NCBI RefSeq assembly: GCF_036321535.1
Contig: NC_087437.1
Coordinates: 80,726,001-80,790,000 of the forward strand
Reading direction: 5' to 3'
Length of the DNA: 64,000 bases
Source of the DNA: Camelus dromedarius
Lineage: Eukaryota
Positions 39,435 to 51,555 of this stretch are shown in pieces. How positions within the stretch are numbered: the first letter of the stretch is position 1; the number at the start of each line of letters is the position of its first letter. The notes beneath the pieces were generated by a model. That model did not search any database. It was not told the DNA's origin and saw nothing but the letters and a program-made list of their open reading frames with translations. Made by a program: the position numbers and the translations under genes.

Positions 39435-40899
39435 GTATGTTGTTCAGTATTGATTTTGTTCAACTTACCGCATTTGAAATGAGTCCCAGAGTCTTAAAAA
39501 TAAAATTGTTGGAAATCATCTGTAAGAAAATCTGTATACACAGGTGTGACCCACTCAAATCTTAAAGCTGACAATCTTAATTTTTTAAAAAGTTAATGAT
39601 AGTTCTGCACTTCATTGAATAGACTAATATAGAATTATTTCCATAAAAGCAAGTATCCTTAGTACATTTAACTTTATAATTGGTTCATGTATATGTATTT
39701 TTAAGATTCATTTATGATATAAAATGAAGAACTAGATATAGATGGATAGGTAAGGACCTAGAATAAATATTAGTTGAAAGTTATGTAAAAGATGCAGAAA
39801 ATAAAAAAAAGGTATGGATATCTATAGATCTTTTTAGTTTTCTGCATTTTTAACATACCTTTTAAATATCATTTAATCTAGATCCTTAACACTTTTGACT
39901 TTGTGAGCTTTCTTGTATTTTACATGCATTTTTAAAAGAAGGAGATGATATTGAAATACTACCCCAGATTTTTAATAATAAATATACAGTTTAATTTTGA
40001 AAACTAACAAGACTAGTTTTGTTTTGTTTTGTATTTTTTAAAAAGAATTGTATACGAAGTTTGGAGCTGAAACTTAGGAATTAGCTTTGGGAATTTGTGA
40101 TCTGTAACATAATATTTTTAGTGTATTTCCATTTATAATTTTAACCCTTTAATGAATATTTTTTAGAGAGAGGTACTTCGCTTTCAATTAGAATAACCTG
40201 TCATTAGCGAGACAGCTCTTTGGTTATGTAGTCTGTAATCTGGTTGAGAGTCTGTAAGTGCTTTAAGCCAAGATCCAGATAAAAATCACTAAATTTCAAC
40301 ACTGTTATTTAAAATAAAAATAGAACTCTGTCAGAACATCTGAACATAGTATAATACATTAATTTTAAAAAAGGACACTTCGTTTAGAAAAGACAAAACC
40401 ATGAAAAGCTATGTAACAAGAATTTCTGTACTAGATCATCCTGATGTAAATATGACTTTCTAAAGCACCCAAAATCTTAGAGTCAGACAGTTTAGCTTCA
40501 GTAATTTATGAAGCATTTTGCTGTCATTGTTCTGGATTCCAGCATTTTTCCTCCTTAGTACAGGTGAACCTATTCCTTACCGTGCTGATGAATCTAAATA
40601 AGGGGGCTGCTGAAAGGAATGAACCTTCCAATCCCTTTGGACTCTTTTGAAAAGAAGCTTCAACTCTTCCAAATAGCATCAGTCCCCTCATCCCATTCTG
40701 TCCTTTTTCAATTAGAACAGCATGTTTATAATAGTGTCATGTTATATTCTCTCAGAAGAATAGTTTTTCTTACCAGAAATTGTTAGCAGCTAAATTATGT
40801 GTTCGTGTAATTTAAATATAATGTGAAGTAAAGAGTCCCTAAAGGATTCTAATTTGGTTTTTACTCTGTGTGTGTGTGTTTTCTGTTTACTTCCGGGGG

Positions 40900-41822
40900 T
40901 GAACTACCAGTTAGTCCAGATCTTTTTCCTCAGCTCCAGGTATCTTAAATTTAACTTGTTCCTATTCCCATATCTCCTCCCTGTCTGAATATATGACTTC
41001 TCTACACTTAGTTCTTAAAATTAGAAGTTGGAAATTGTCCTTGTTCCTCATTTTTCTTACCCTTCATATACTATGATTTGTCATGTCTAGTTATTTTTAC
41101 TTCCTAAATCTGTCTTGAAATGATCATCATCTTTATTGCCACTACCTCAGTTCAAGCCCTATCAGTTTTGTGCCTTTGTTACTATGATCATAGTTTAATT
41201 TGGCTTCCTGTACATAGTCTTTTTCTTCTTGGTTGTTTCCCTGTATTGTTGCCAAAGTATTATTTGTAAAAGACAGATATTACTTGTCACTATCTAGTTT
41301 AACATCTTTCTGTGGCTCCACATACACTTCAGGATAAAGTTCAAACTCCTTAGCTTGGCATACAGGGTCCTTGATGGTCTCACCTCTAACTTTATGTCTG
41401 TCCACCCCTCCACATTCATGCTGTACTTCAGACTTAGGGAACTATTGATGGTTCACTGAATGTATAATGCTGTTTTATACCTCTGAGCTCATGCTGCTTG
41501 TTCTCTTATCTTGCAAAGAGTCTCCTTTTCCCTTTTACTGACTTGTACTGGTCTTTAGCATCAAGTTCGTATTCTGTCTTCTTGGGAAGCCGCCTTTAAT
41601 TCCGCCTCCCACATCTGCATTTGATCCATTTCTTCATCTTGCTAAGCAGCCTCTTCATGTATCATAGCACTCATCACACTATATTGTGATTTTTAGTTTC
41701 TCTGCCTCCCTGGCAACAAGCCTCGTGAGGGCAGGGACTTCATATTATTATTTTTTCACTATTATTAGTACGTAGCACAGTACTGGGCACATACTAAATG
41801 CTCAATAAATGTTTGCAGAATA
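40900..41822 (+). mobile_element. LINE-2 3' portion
   Basis: caggataaagttcaaactccttagcttggcatacagggtcctt...gtgagggcagggact...gcacagtactgggcacatactaaatgctcaataaatgtttg. Confidence 0.75.
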
Positions 41823-44039
41823 CAAGAAAGAAATTGCTTCTCAGCGGAGTTATATCTCCAGTCTTTTTGATTGAAATGTATTTTTCTCCAATAGAACCAA
41901 TTATCTGCTCTGTAATTTTGGAGACAGCCAGGAAAAGAGATAATACAAACTTCAAAAAAGACAACTGGAGAACTGTTTAGGGCGTAGCTTTAGACAGATG
42001 TTTTCTGTGTGGGACTCGCTGTCTGGAATAGGAGACTTAGGTTTTCTTCAGTCTTTGCTTAACTTCGAACATGACACTGTTTTATTTTCATTTTTACTTA
42101 GCTAGGACTTTATTATTTCAGAAAGATGAAGGGAGAAAAATTTAGTTTTGGTTTTTAATTTTAACTTACAGTTTAGCTATTGAGTAAACAAACATTACTC
42201 ATTTAGTCCCAGGAATGGCATTTTTTTTAGAAATTTTATTTGCATTCTAGAATCTAAAGGTAGTGATCTAAGCATCTTGCCTTTTATATGAAGACAATTT
42301 AGCCTTTTAACTTCTGGATGAAATTGAGAAGAAAAACAGAAAATATATGATCCAGATCAACCTTGTTAAATAATGAAGGAAAGGGTCAAGAATTTTAGAT
42401 ATATCAAACTAGCAGTATGTGGAATGCACACATTTCTTTTTAAACAAGTAAATCATATTTTAGTCTAGGTTTTATCACCATGTGTGGTTCACATCTATTT
42501 TCCTGGGAGAAAATTTCCAGATTTTTATAAACCTTAGTCAGCAGGCAAGAAAGAGCCTAGTGGGAGACACATACAAGGCTTTTGAGAAGGTTAACCATCT
42601 TTCTCCTGCTTTCATCAGTTGGCACCAGAGATTGTTAGAGATGTATTGAGGCAGTGTACCCATATTCCATTAAGAAAAAAGTTAGCTCCTGGTTCTTGGA
42701 ATTTCCCTAAATGGTATAAGTATTATTCATGTTTTTCTTACATTTACATATGTTTAAAGTTTTAAAACATTACATATTCCAACTGTTGTGGTTGTATGAC
42801 TTTCCAGATGTGATGGTATGACAACCACAGTATTCTTGTAGCTTAGAACTTCTCTAAGCCAGTAATGTTTTAACTGAGTGATAATTTATTCACCAAAAAT
42901 ATAGCTTAGTAAAAAAAAGCAAATTTAGAAAATCTGTGAAAGTTATTCAAAAATTAAAAATGTTTTTCTACATAGCTTGAGAAATTGATTTAGAAAGTAA
43001 TATTTTGAATTATATCATCTAGGATAAGAATGGATTTATGGGAACCTTATTAAAATATCACAGCACAATTTTAGAACAGTATTTGTCTACATTACAGCAA
43101 AATAAAACTAAATTAGTATTGTAATTTTAAAATTTATTATATTATAGCTTTATTATCAGACCAGATAAAATTATTATCTTTTAATGAGGGTTTTCCATTT
43201 CTTTAAAAAAATTTGCTCTTGACATCAAGTTTATCTTAATAGCTCTTACCAGTTTTTCAAATTTTTCCCCTATTTATTGAATTATTTGAATCTTACATTT
43301 ACCATGCTACCTTGTATAGGAAGGGAACTCAAAACTTATAACTGAGAAAATTAAGAATCAGAGAAAATAACCGTGCAGAGACATAATCAATTAATGGCAT
43401 TACTTCTCAGGCCAGTATACTTTATGCTTCATCTCATGCATTACAAAATTTGTTTCTCATTTGGTTTAGCATATTATATCTTGAAGTATGATTTCACAAT
43501 ATTAATAAGTAAAGTTAAACAAACTATATTTTACTTACTGATACTGTTTGCATACTTGGGGAAAAAATTGGATGGACTGTGTGAAATGACAATTTTCAGT
43601 CCTTCCTTCCATGTGTGAGAGATGTAGTATACACCTTTATATATTTCTTGTGAAAATTCAGAATCTTTTGAAATGCTGGCTAGCCCTAGAATTTTCATGG
43701 CAGTGCTAATTTATAAGTTATACACCGAAAGACAGTTTAGGTATTACGAATTTAGTCATCACTTTATAGATTTATATTTTATAAAGCTGTCACACAAAGC
43801 TCTCTTTCCTCAAGGTACCTAAATTCTATAAACTGCAAATAGTTGATGAAAGATGCTTGGGCTATGGCATGTGTTATGAAGAGCTAGGAGTACTATGGGC
43901 ATTGCTAACTGTTTAACTATGTACTTTTCTAGATATTTTCGTTAAGATTGCAGAGCATGATAAATTATGACAAGCACTATTGAAAAGATTGTTTATAAAT
44001 TTGAGCAAGACTTCAATAATAGGAAAATTAAAGTGAACT

Positions 44040-44290
44040 TCCATTTATTGTGTACTTACTGTGTGCCAGGACTGGTGCTAACTGCTTTACATCAATTATT
44101 TCATCTAGTCTTAATAATTTTGTAAGGTAGATTTTATAATTCTCCCTGTCTTAGAGATGATGCTAGGAGGCATACATTATAGTAAGTAACTTACCTAAGG
44201 TTGTAGAATTATTAAGTGCTGAAATCAGAACCTAACCCTATGTTTGTCTCACTCCAGACTCCTTACTCTTAACCCCTGTGCCATACTGCT
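44040..44290 (-). mobile_element. MIR
   Basis: catttattgtgtacttactgtgtgccagg...tgctttacat...aagtaacttacctaaggt...ctccagactc...ctcttaacc. Confidence 0.75.
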
Positions 44291-45390
44291 TTTCATTCTT
44301 CTGAACTTTAATTTTTTTTTCATAAGTACAGTAGGAATTGGACTTTATTACATATTTTACCTGATATCTAATTTATTAACCTTTACATATTCTACTTGGT
44401 CTTCAGTTTTTTCCCTGTGGCATTTGTTTACCTCTAATTGAAAGATATCCCATGGTAGACATGCTGAGATAGTTCTTCGAACCTTCTGGTAAATTCAGAG
44501 ACCCTCTATGCCTCCTGTGCTTTAGAGATGTAGGTTCTGCTGCAGCTTGGTAGATAATCTTTTCCAGTGGTTTTTGGGTGAAGTTTGAAATTTTTCTCTT
44601 CTAGGCAAGACTTTCAGATTTTTTTTTTTTAGCTTAAAAGATCTCATTTATCCTCCAGGCTTCATTTTTGATATCTCTCCTTTTTCTTTCTTCAGAATCT
44701 AGGAGCAAAACAAAGCATAAAAGAATAGAATGATCATTTATTATTCAGAAGAGAATTCAATTGCTTCTATCCTTTGGCAATTTAGTATTGAGGATGCAGT
44801 GTAATGGAATAAAATTTAAAAAACAAAAAGATAACTAACCTAGGTTCTTCTACTAGGAAGAATTACTTATACTTGGGTAGCCATTTAACTTTTCTGAGGT
44901 TTGAATTCCTCATGTTTAAAATAAAGAGTAGACTAAATTATTTTAAAGTTCTCCCAGGATCTGAAATTCTACGCTGTTTGGAACATAGTGAAAAGAACAT
45001 AGTGTCTCTATGTAGTGAAAATAAAGAGTACCTCTAAGTACCACAGCAGATGTAACAAAGTACAGGAAAGTTTACATTTTTTAACTTAAAAGTACTCTGG
45101 CCCTTTCTAAGTGGTATTGTCTCTCAGAAAAGGTCAGTAAAATGCTGCAAGTGATATGTTGGTAACAGTCATGGGGAACATCTGATAAAGAGGAGGCAGG
45201 AAAACTTAAAAGGTACATAAAAAGAACTAAAAAATTCACGGTAATTTGGCTTGGGCCTGTCAATTCAGGGCCGAATAGTTGCCTTGAGGGCATCTTTGTA
45301 GTGTGGCAAAGTACATCAGTTGTTCATAATAACATCTCGCTAACCAGGAAAAGATTATACTACCCATTCTGTTTAAGAAGACACTAGGCT

Positions 45391-45525
45391 GGCAGGGAGG
45401 GTATAGCTCAGTAGCACAGTGCATGCATGAGGTCCTGGGTTCAATCCTTAGCACCTCCACTAAAGATAAATAAATAAATAACCAAACCTAATTACCCCCC
45501 ACCCCAACGAGAAATTAAAAAAAAA
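45391..45525 (+). mobile_element. vic-1-type SINE (only sense-oriented copy; ~9-nt deletion in the anticodon arm)
   Basis: ggcagggagggtatagctcagtagcacagtgcatgcatgaggtcctgggttcaatccttagcacctcc + (AAAT)n + aaacctaattacccccc + poly(A). TSD core actaggct at 45383-45390 and 45531-45538. Confidence 0.9.
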
Positions 45526-46167
45526 AAAATACTAGGCTTACGTTAGTACTTTTGATTGAACCACACCAAATTAAAAAATTTTGGAGCTTTAAAAATACAC
45601 TTTACTTTTCTAAGCATTTATTTTGTTGACCCTTTCCCTGATGCTATTAAAAAAGTTCATTATTACCATCAATGTATGTGCTGTTTCACTTAAGGCATCT
45701 GTCATTTACCATAATGCAATCTGAATGATATCTTTCTTGTCAGATGTAGCTTTGGTATTTACCAGTTACAAATATGTTATTATTTACCAGGGAATAAGAA
45801 GAATAAAGATTTTTTGAATTGGTTTGTAGTATCTGTTTTTAATAACTACTGGAAAAGAAAAAACATTTTTTTGAGAAAAATTGGGTAAAATTTTAAGCAC
45901 CTTAATAGTGTCCATTAGTACAGTTAAAGCCATTATAGTGGTATATCAGTCTATACCAATTTATAAGATACAGCTACTTTCAGGAACAAAAAAAGAGTGT
46001 TTACCCAAAATTTTGAGTATTTATGGGTTGATTTTTCAGGGTGGTATAGTTCTAATAGCTTCCTTGGGCTAAAAGGAAAATGTTTGAAAAATTTAACTTC
46101 CTAGAATACATTTTTTTCCTTCCTGCAAATTTCAGAACAGTACAGTGTTTGTTATTTTGTGTGACAG

Positions 46168-46362
46168 GATACCCAGAGTTATATTGACGAATGTCCTGGG
46201 AACGGAGTTAGGAAGAAAATACATAAAGACCTCATCTGTAACTGAGGCCAGTTTGGGTGATACAGACAACTTGAAATCAGAGCAGCTTTCTTCACCATCT
46301 GATGGCAGCCTAGAATCTTGTCAAAATATAGATCCTCACAAGAGCTCCTTTTTATCGGAAAG
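46168..46362 (+). CDS. SENP7: SENP7 coding exon (exon 6 equivalent), 195 nt, phase 2-2 cassette, canonical HP1-binding PRVIL motif
   Basis: Acceptor ttttgtgtgacag|G, donor GAAAG|gtatgt. Encodes [64 protein letters not shown](R), inside ORF 46145..46372. Confidence 0.97.
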
Positions 46363-47202
46363 GTATGTTTAGTGATAACTTTACTCAAAATAAATATTAT
46401 GCTTACTCTCACGAGCCCTCCTCCATTCTTCCCCACAGATATGTTATTGCTAAATGTGAGGCAAACGTGCTCTGATAGCTAGTATAACTTTTCTCCACTG
46501 GTGGCTGGAATGACTATTGGAACCAACAGTCATTGGCTAATAATCAGTTTCGGAAAGTACCAATCACTCTACTTGTGTTTTGGGGAAATGGATGCAAACT
46601 CTCAATGAAAATTCAGTACCTATTTCAGTTTATTTATCTGGTATAATTGAAATTCATTCCCCTGACGTCTATCCGTTCCTCCTCCTCCTCCTTTGTCTTA
46701 TCCATCCATCTGGCTGTCTGTCCGAATGCATTCCTCACAAAAATGATTTGAGATAGCTGAATTCTATTAACAATCGTGGCTTTCTCTGGCAATAAGAGAA
46801 ATGGAAATCAGAAGTTGCTTTTGTTTTAAGCTCTAGGAGAATCTCATATGGGGGCTGTAAATAAGAAAAAAAAAACTATGGTAAAAAGCTAAGGGATGTT
46901 AGTTAGTAGATAATACTAGATATTTTAACTTTCATTTACCATGAACTTCTCTTTTCTATTTTCTGTTCCCAGCCAGTACAATAAATAGCTTTGATCTGAA
47001 TGAGAAATTATTTACCCAGTCTTAATTGTCCCTTTCCCTCCCCCCAAAACCATCCAAAGGTAACTTCTGATTTGTATTTCTCTTGTAAGCCTAATTACAT
47101 TAAAGAATATTACGTTAAAGAATATTTATAGTTACTTTTAAAAAGATTTATAACAAATTTCTTAATTACTAACACATTTGATTTTTATAAACTCTATTTC
47201 TT

Positions 47203-47341
47203 TTTTTGTTTGTTTTGTAGGGGGAGATAATTATGTATGTATTTATTTATTTGTTTGTTTTAATGAAGGTACTGGGGATTGAACTCAGGATCTTGTGCCT
47301 GCTAAGCATGTGCTCTACCACTAAGCTATACCCTACCCTGC
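47203..47341 (-). mobile_element. vic-1-type SINE
   Basis: Minus strand gcagggtagggtatagcttagtggtagagcacatgcttagcaggcacaagatcctgagttcaatccccagtaccttc + A-rich tail. Imperfect TSD taaac...tatttctt. Confidence 0.9.
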
Positions 47342-48204
47342 TAAACCGTTTATTTCTTATGAACTTATAAATTTTATGAATTTCTCTTCTTTTGGAGAAT
47401 ACTTTGTTTCACTTGGGTTCTACTTAGTAAATTATCAGTGACTTTATTAGGTCTCTTTCTGAATTTGCTAAAAAAAAAAGAGAGAGAGTTTCAGTGACAT
47501 TATCCAATTACTAATAAATTTAATGTATACTCAGAGATAGTAGAAGTGCATTTTATCATTTTGTACTGTAGGTGTTTTTTTCTGCCTCCTGTACTAGACC
47601 ATGAGCTCCTTAAGGAGAGATATCAAATCTTGTTTGCATTTTTATCCAGTGCTTAGCTCAGTACATGTTGAATTTTGTGCACTTGGGTTAATGTTTATGT
47701 CATTTAACCTTGAGTTTTGGTTACCTGAGTTTTGTAAAAAGAGAAAAAATTTTGAATGACATTTCTACCTTACAAAGTTGTGTATTATCTCTTTTAAGTC
47801 TCGCATGTGAGAATTCTTTGTGAACATAAAATACTGGACAAATAAAGATGTTATTATTGAAGACACTTTCTACAGAAAAAGCCACTTATATGCTGTTACC
47901 ATGGAATTCAAATCAGTGCACATTCATGTTGTTATGAAAAAATAGCACTATTTTGAGGATTCTGTGAAACTCTCAAGTTGTAATCTGTACTTTTCAGGCT
48001 TTATAACATCCTGGGGCTAAGGTTTAATAGTAATAGTAATAGTAATAGCTGTAAAATTTCTGACTCTTTCTAAAATCTATTCATTGAGAACTCTACCTCT
48101 CTTAAAGTTCTTTCCAAATAGTTAGGAAGTTTCCAGATAGTATTTGATACGGACCCTGAAAATTCATCTCTTGGTGGTAACTTACTTTCTTTGACTGTTG
48201 CATT

Positions 48205-48420
48205 TACTATAGGAATAGACTTTGGAGCCAGACATCTGGATTTAGATTTTAGCAGTACTGCTAACATGCTGATTTACCTTGAACAAGTTACTTATTCTAT
48301 CTTTAAAACAGGGATAATAATACACACCTTATAGGATTATTGTACAGGTTTAAGGAGATAACCTATGTAAAATGCCTGGAACTTAGTAGGAAGTTAATAA
48401 ATGGTAGTCATGATTTTTGT
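48205..48420 (+). mobile_element. MIR
   Basis: atagactttggagccagacatctggattt...ccttgaacaagttactta...aaaacagggataataata...aggattattgta...gttaataaatggtag. Confidence 0.78.
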
Positions 48421-49302
48421 GTCTCTCTTATCACTGCTAGTATCAAAAGTGCCATTAATGGCTGTTTCTGTAGTTGATGGTACTGAAGTCTTCTGTGTCC
48501 CCTCCTGAGATTCCTGCTACCCTGTTGTCATTACCAATTCTGCCAAGGTAAATGTCACAGTCATACTAGTATTACTGTGTGGTTTAAGATGGAGTACTGT
48601 ATTCCTTAAACCAAACTTTAGTTCTCTCTTCCCTTAAAATGATTTTTTCTGAGGAGAATTCAGAGTGCCCTTTAAATAAGTTGTAAGTATGGCCATACCA
48701 TCACTTCGGTAGATGTGCCGCACTAGAACTGAAGTACAGGAGGAACACAGGGTAGCTCAAGGATGGAACTCATGTTATAACCAACCTCCTCTCAGCCTAC
48801 CTGTTCTAAAATCAGGAAGAGTAAATATAAGTTATTTAGATCTCGGAAAGAGACATGATGATCTGACATTATTGTTACTGTTCTGTTACTGTAGAGAATG
48901 TAGCCAACTTTCTTACAAAGATAGAAGGTCAGGTAACACCTAAAAATTGGTAGATTAAAGAATGGGGTCTACGTCTGTGAAACCAGGGGAGGTTTCCTCT
49001 GAAAACCTAGCATTTGTGCCCTGGATGATACATACAGAAAAGGTTATATGAATGCTTGAATCTTACTTTAGCCTTAGCTTGTCTTTAGTGTTCAAAACTG
49101 TTATTACCGACTCTAGTGACAACCTGAATGGAATTATGTAGGAAAAAGTCTTGTGTTTTATGCCAGAAATAAAGGAGTAACAGAAAACAGCAAGAGTGAA
49201 TAGGAAGTTTAAAATAAAATTGTCCCCTTGGAGTAGCGTATTTGTTTTTTTCTAGGTGACAATTTATTATTTTAACATATATATATATGTTATGTTATTT
49301 TA

Positions 49303-49308
<6 letters not shown>

Positions 49309-49348
<40 letters not shown>
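49309..49348. repeat. (AC)20 microsatellite
   Basis: Perfect run counted directly. Confidence 0.95.
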
Positions 49349-49350
<2 letters not shown>

Positions 49351-51555
49351 AATTATAACCTGTGTAATATTCCTATGACAACTTTTAATTAATATTTGTT
49401 AAGTCTTGACTATGATATTATACTGTGATAAATGCCATACCTGTACTAACTTATTTAAGTTCAGGCTTGAATTGCAGCTCAGGCAATTTGCTTTACTTTT
49501 TTTCTCTGTGCCTCAGTTTATCCTATCTGTAAAATAAAATAATACCCAGGTATGCTAGCGGAGTAAATGGGAAAATCAGTTTTTATCTTTTAATTTGGTA
49601 ACTTTTTACATCAATATGTAGAGATCTATTTTATCTTCTTTTACATATATATACTTCCTTATGGGTAGATATTTAGGGTATTTTTCATTTTTTTCTGTAT
49701 AACAATGCTACAGTAAATGGATTATACATTTATCTTTGTGTATTTATTCTTGTAAATCCTTGTAGTTCCATTCTCCTGTATTTAACCAGAATTAAGTTTT
49801 ATCATTGACATTTTTGTGATAACCTGTTGACAAAAATAAACATAACTGTCTTCATTAAATTGTTTTATTTCATTTTTTATTTTAGTGAAGATGGACTTTG
49901 TATTTCTTATGAGTTTTCTCTTTAGTCTTTGTATGTATTAGAGTGTTTCATTTGTTTCTTACTGGTTTGTAAGAACTCTTATGAATGCTATTAATGCTTT
50001 GTTATATGTATTACAAAAAATTTTTCAGGTTTCCTACTTGTAATTTTACTTTGTTTATAGTAATTTCTGTTGTATAGAAATTTAAAATTTTTATTTTGTA
50101 AAATCTCAGTGTTTGACCTATGTGTTTTGGTTTATCCTTGGAAAGACCTCCTCAGCCCCAAGTATAAAAATAGGTCAGTCAACTACTGTTTTGATTTGTT
50201 ATTTTTTAAATGAGGTATTGCATCCAGAATAACAGCCTGGAGATAACTTTTCTAGTTGAAGTTTTGATTCTTTTTGCCTTACTGTAGTTTGTAGTCTGGT
50301 ATAAATGTCTATGGATACTTGGGTTACTTCACCTTTTGGCTACTGTGAATAATAACACTGTTATGAACTTCAGTGTACAAGTATCTGTGTCTCTCCTTTC
50401 AGTTCTTTTGAGTGTCTACCCAGAAGTGGAATTGTTTGATCATATGATAATTATATTATTAATTTTTAAAAAAACCACCATACACTTTTCCTTAGCATCT
50501 TCTCCATTTTACATTGCCACTAGCAGTGCACAAGGGTCCTGGTATTTCCACATCCTTGGCAAAATTATGATTTTCTGTGTTTGCATAATAGCCATCCTAA
50601 TGGGTATGGAGCAATATATCATTGTGTTTTGGTATGGATTTCCCTTGTAATAAGTGATATTGAACATCATTTCATGTGTTAATTGGCCATTTATATATCT
50701 TCTTTGGAGAATTATCTATTCAAATCCTTTGTCCATTGATGAATCAGGTTTTTTATTTTTGAGTTTTAGGAATTCTCTCTATATTCTGAATATTAACATT
50801 ATCAGAAATATGATTTACAAATATTTTCCCCCATTCTGTGGGTTGCCTTTTACTCTGTTGATACTGCCAGTTGATGTGCAGAAGTTTCAATTTTGATAAC
50901 ATCCAGTTTGTCTATTTTTCCATTTGTTGCCTGTGCTTTTGTTGTCATGTCCAAGAAATTACTATCAAATCCAGTATCATGAAGATTTTCTCCTATGCTA
51001 AGAGTTTTATAGTTTCAGCTTATGCACTTAGGCCTTTGATCCATTTTGAGTTAACTTTTGTGTATGGTGTTAGATGAGGGTCCACCTTCATTCTTTTGCA
51101 TGTGGATATCCAGTTTTTCCAGCATTTTTTGTTGAAAAGGCTGTCCTTTCCCCCCTTGAATGGTCTTGGCACCCATTTGAAAATCATTTGACTATATATG
51201 CGATGGTTTATTTCTGAGTGCTGGTCTATTCCATTGATCTATTTATTTGTCTTTATGGAAGTACCATGCTGTTTTGTATTACAGTTTTGTAGTAAGTTTT
51301 GAAATCAGTGAGTGTGAGACCTCCAAATTTGTTCAAGATTGTCTTGGAACTTGGGGTCCTTTAAGGTTGTGTACATATTTTAGGATAAGTTTCTATATTT
51401 CTGTAAGAATATTACTGTAATTTTGATAAGATTGCATTGAATCTATAGATTGCTTTAGGTAGTATTGACATCTTAACGATATTAATTCTTCTAATCCAGG
51501 AATATGTGTTTCCATTTATGAATGTCTTCTTTAATTTCTTTCAGCCATGTTTTAT

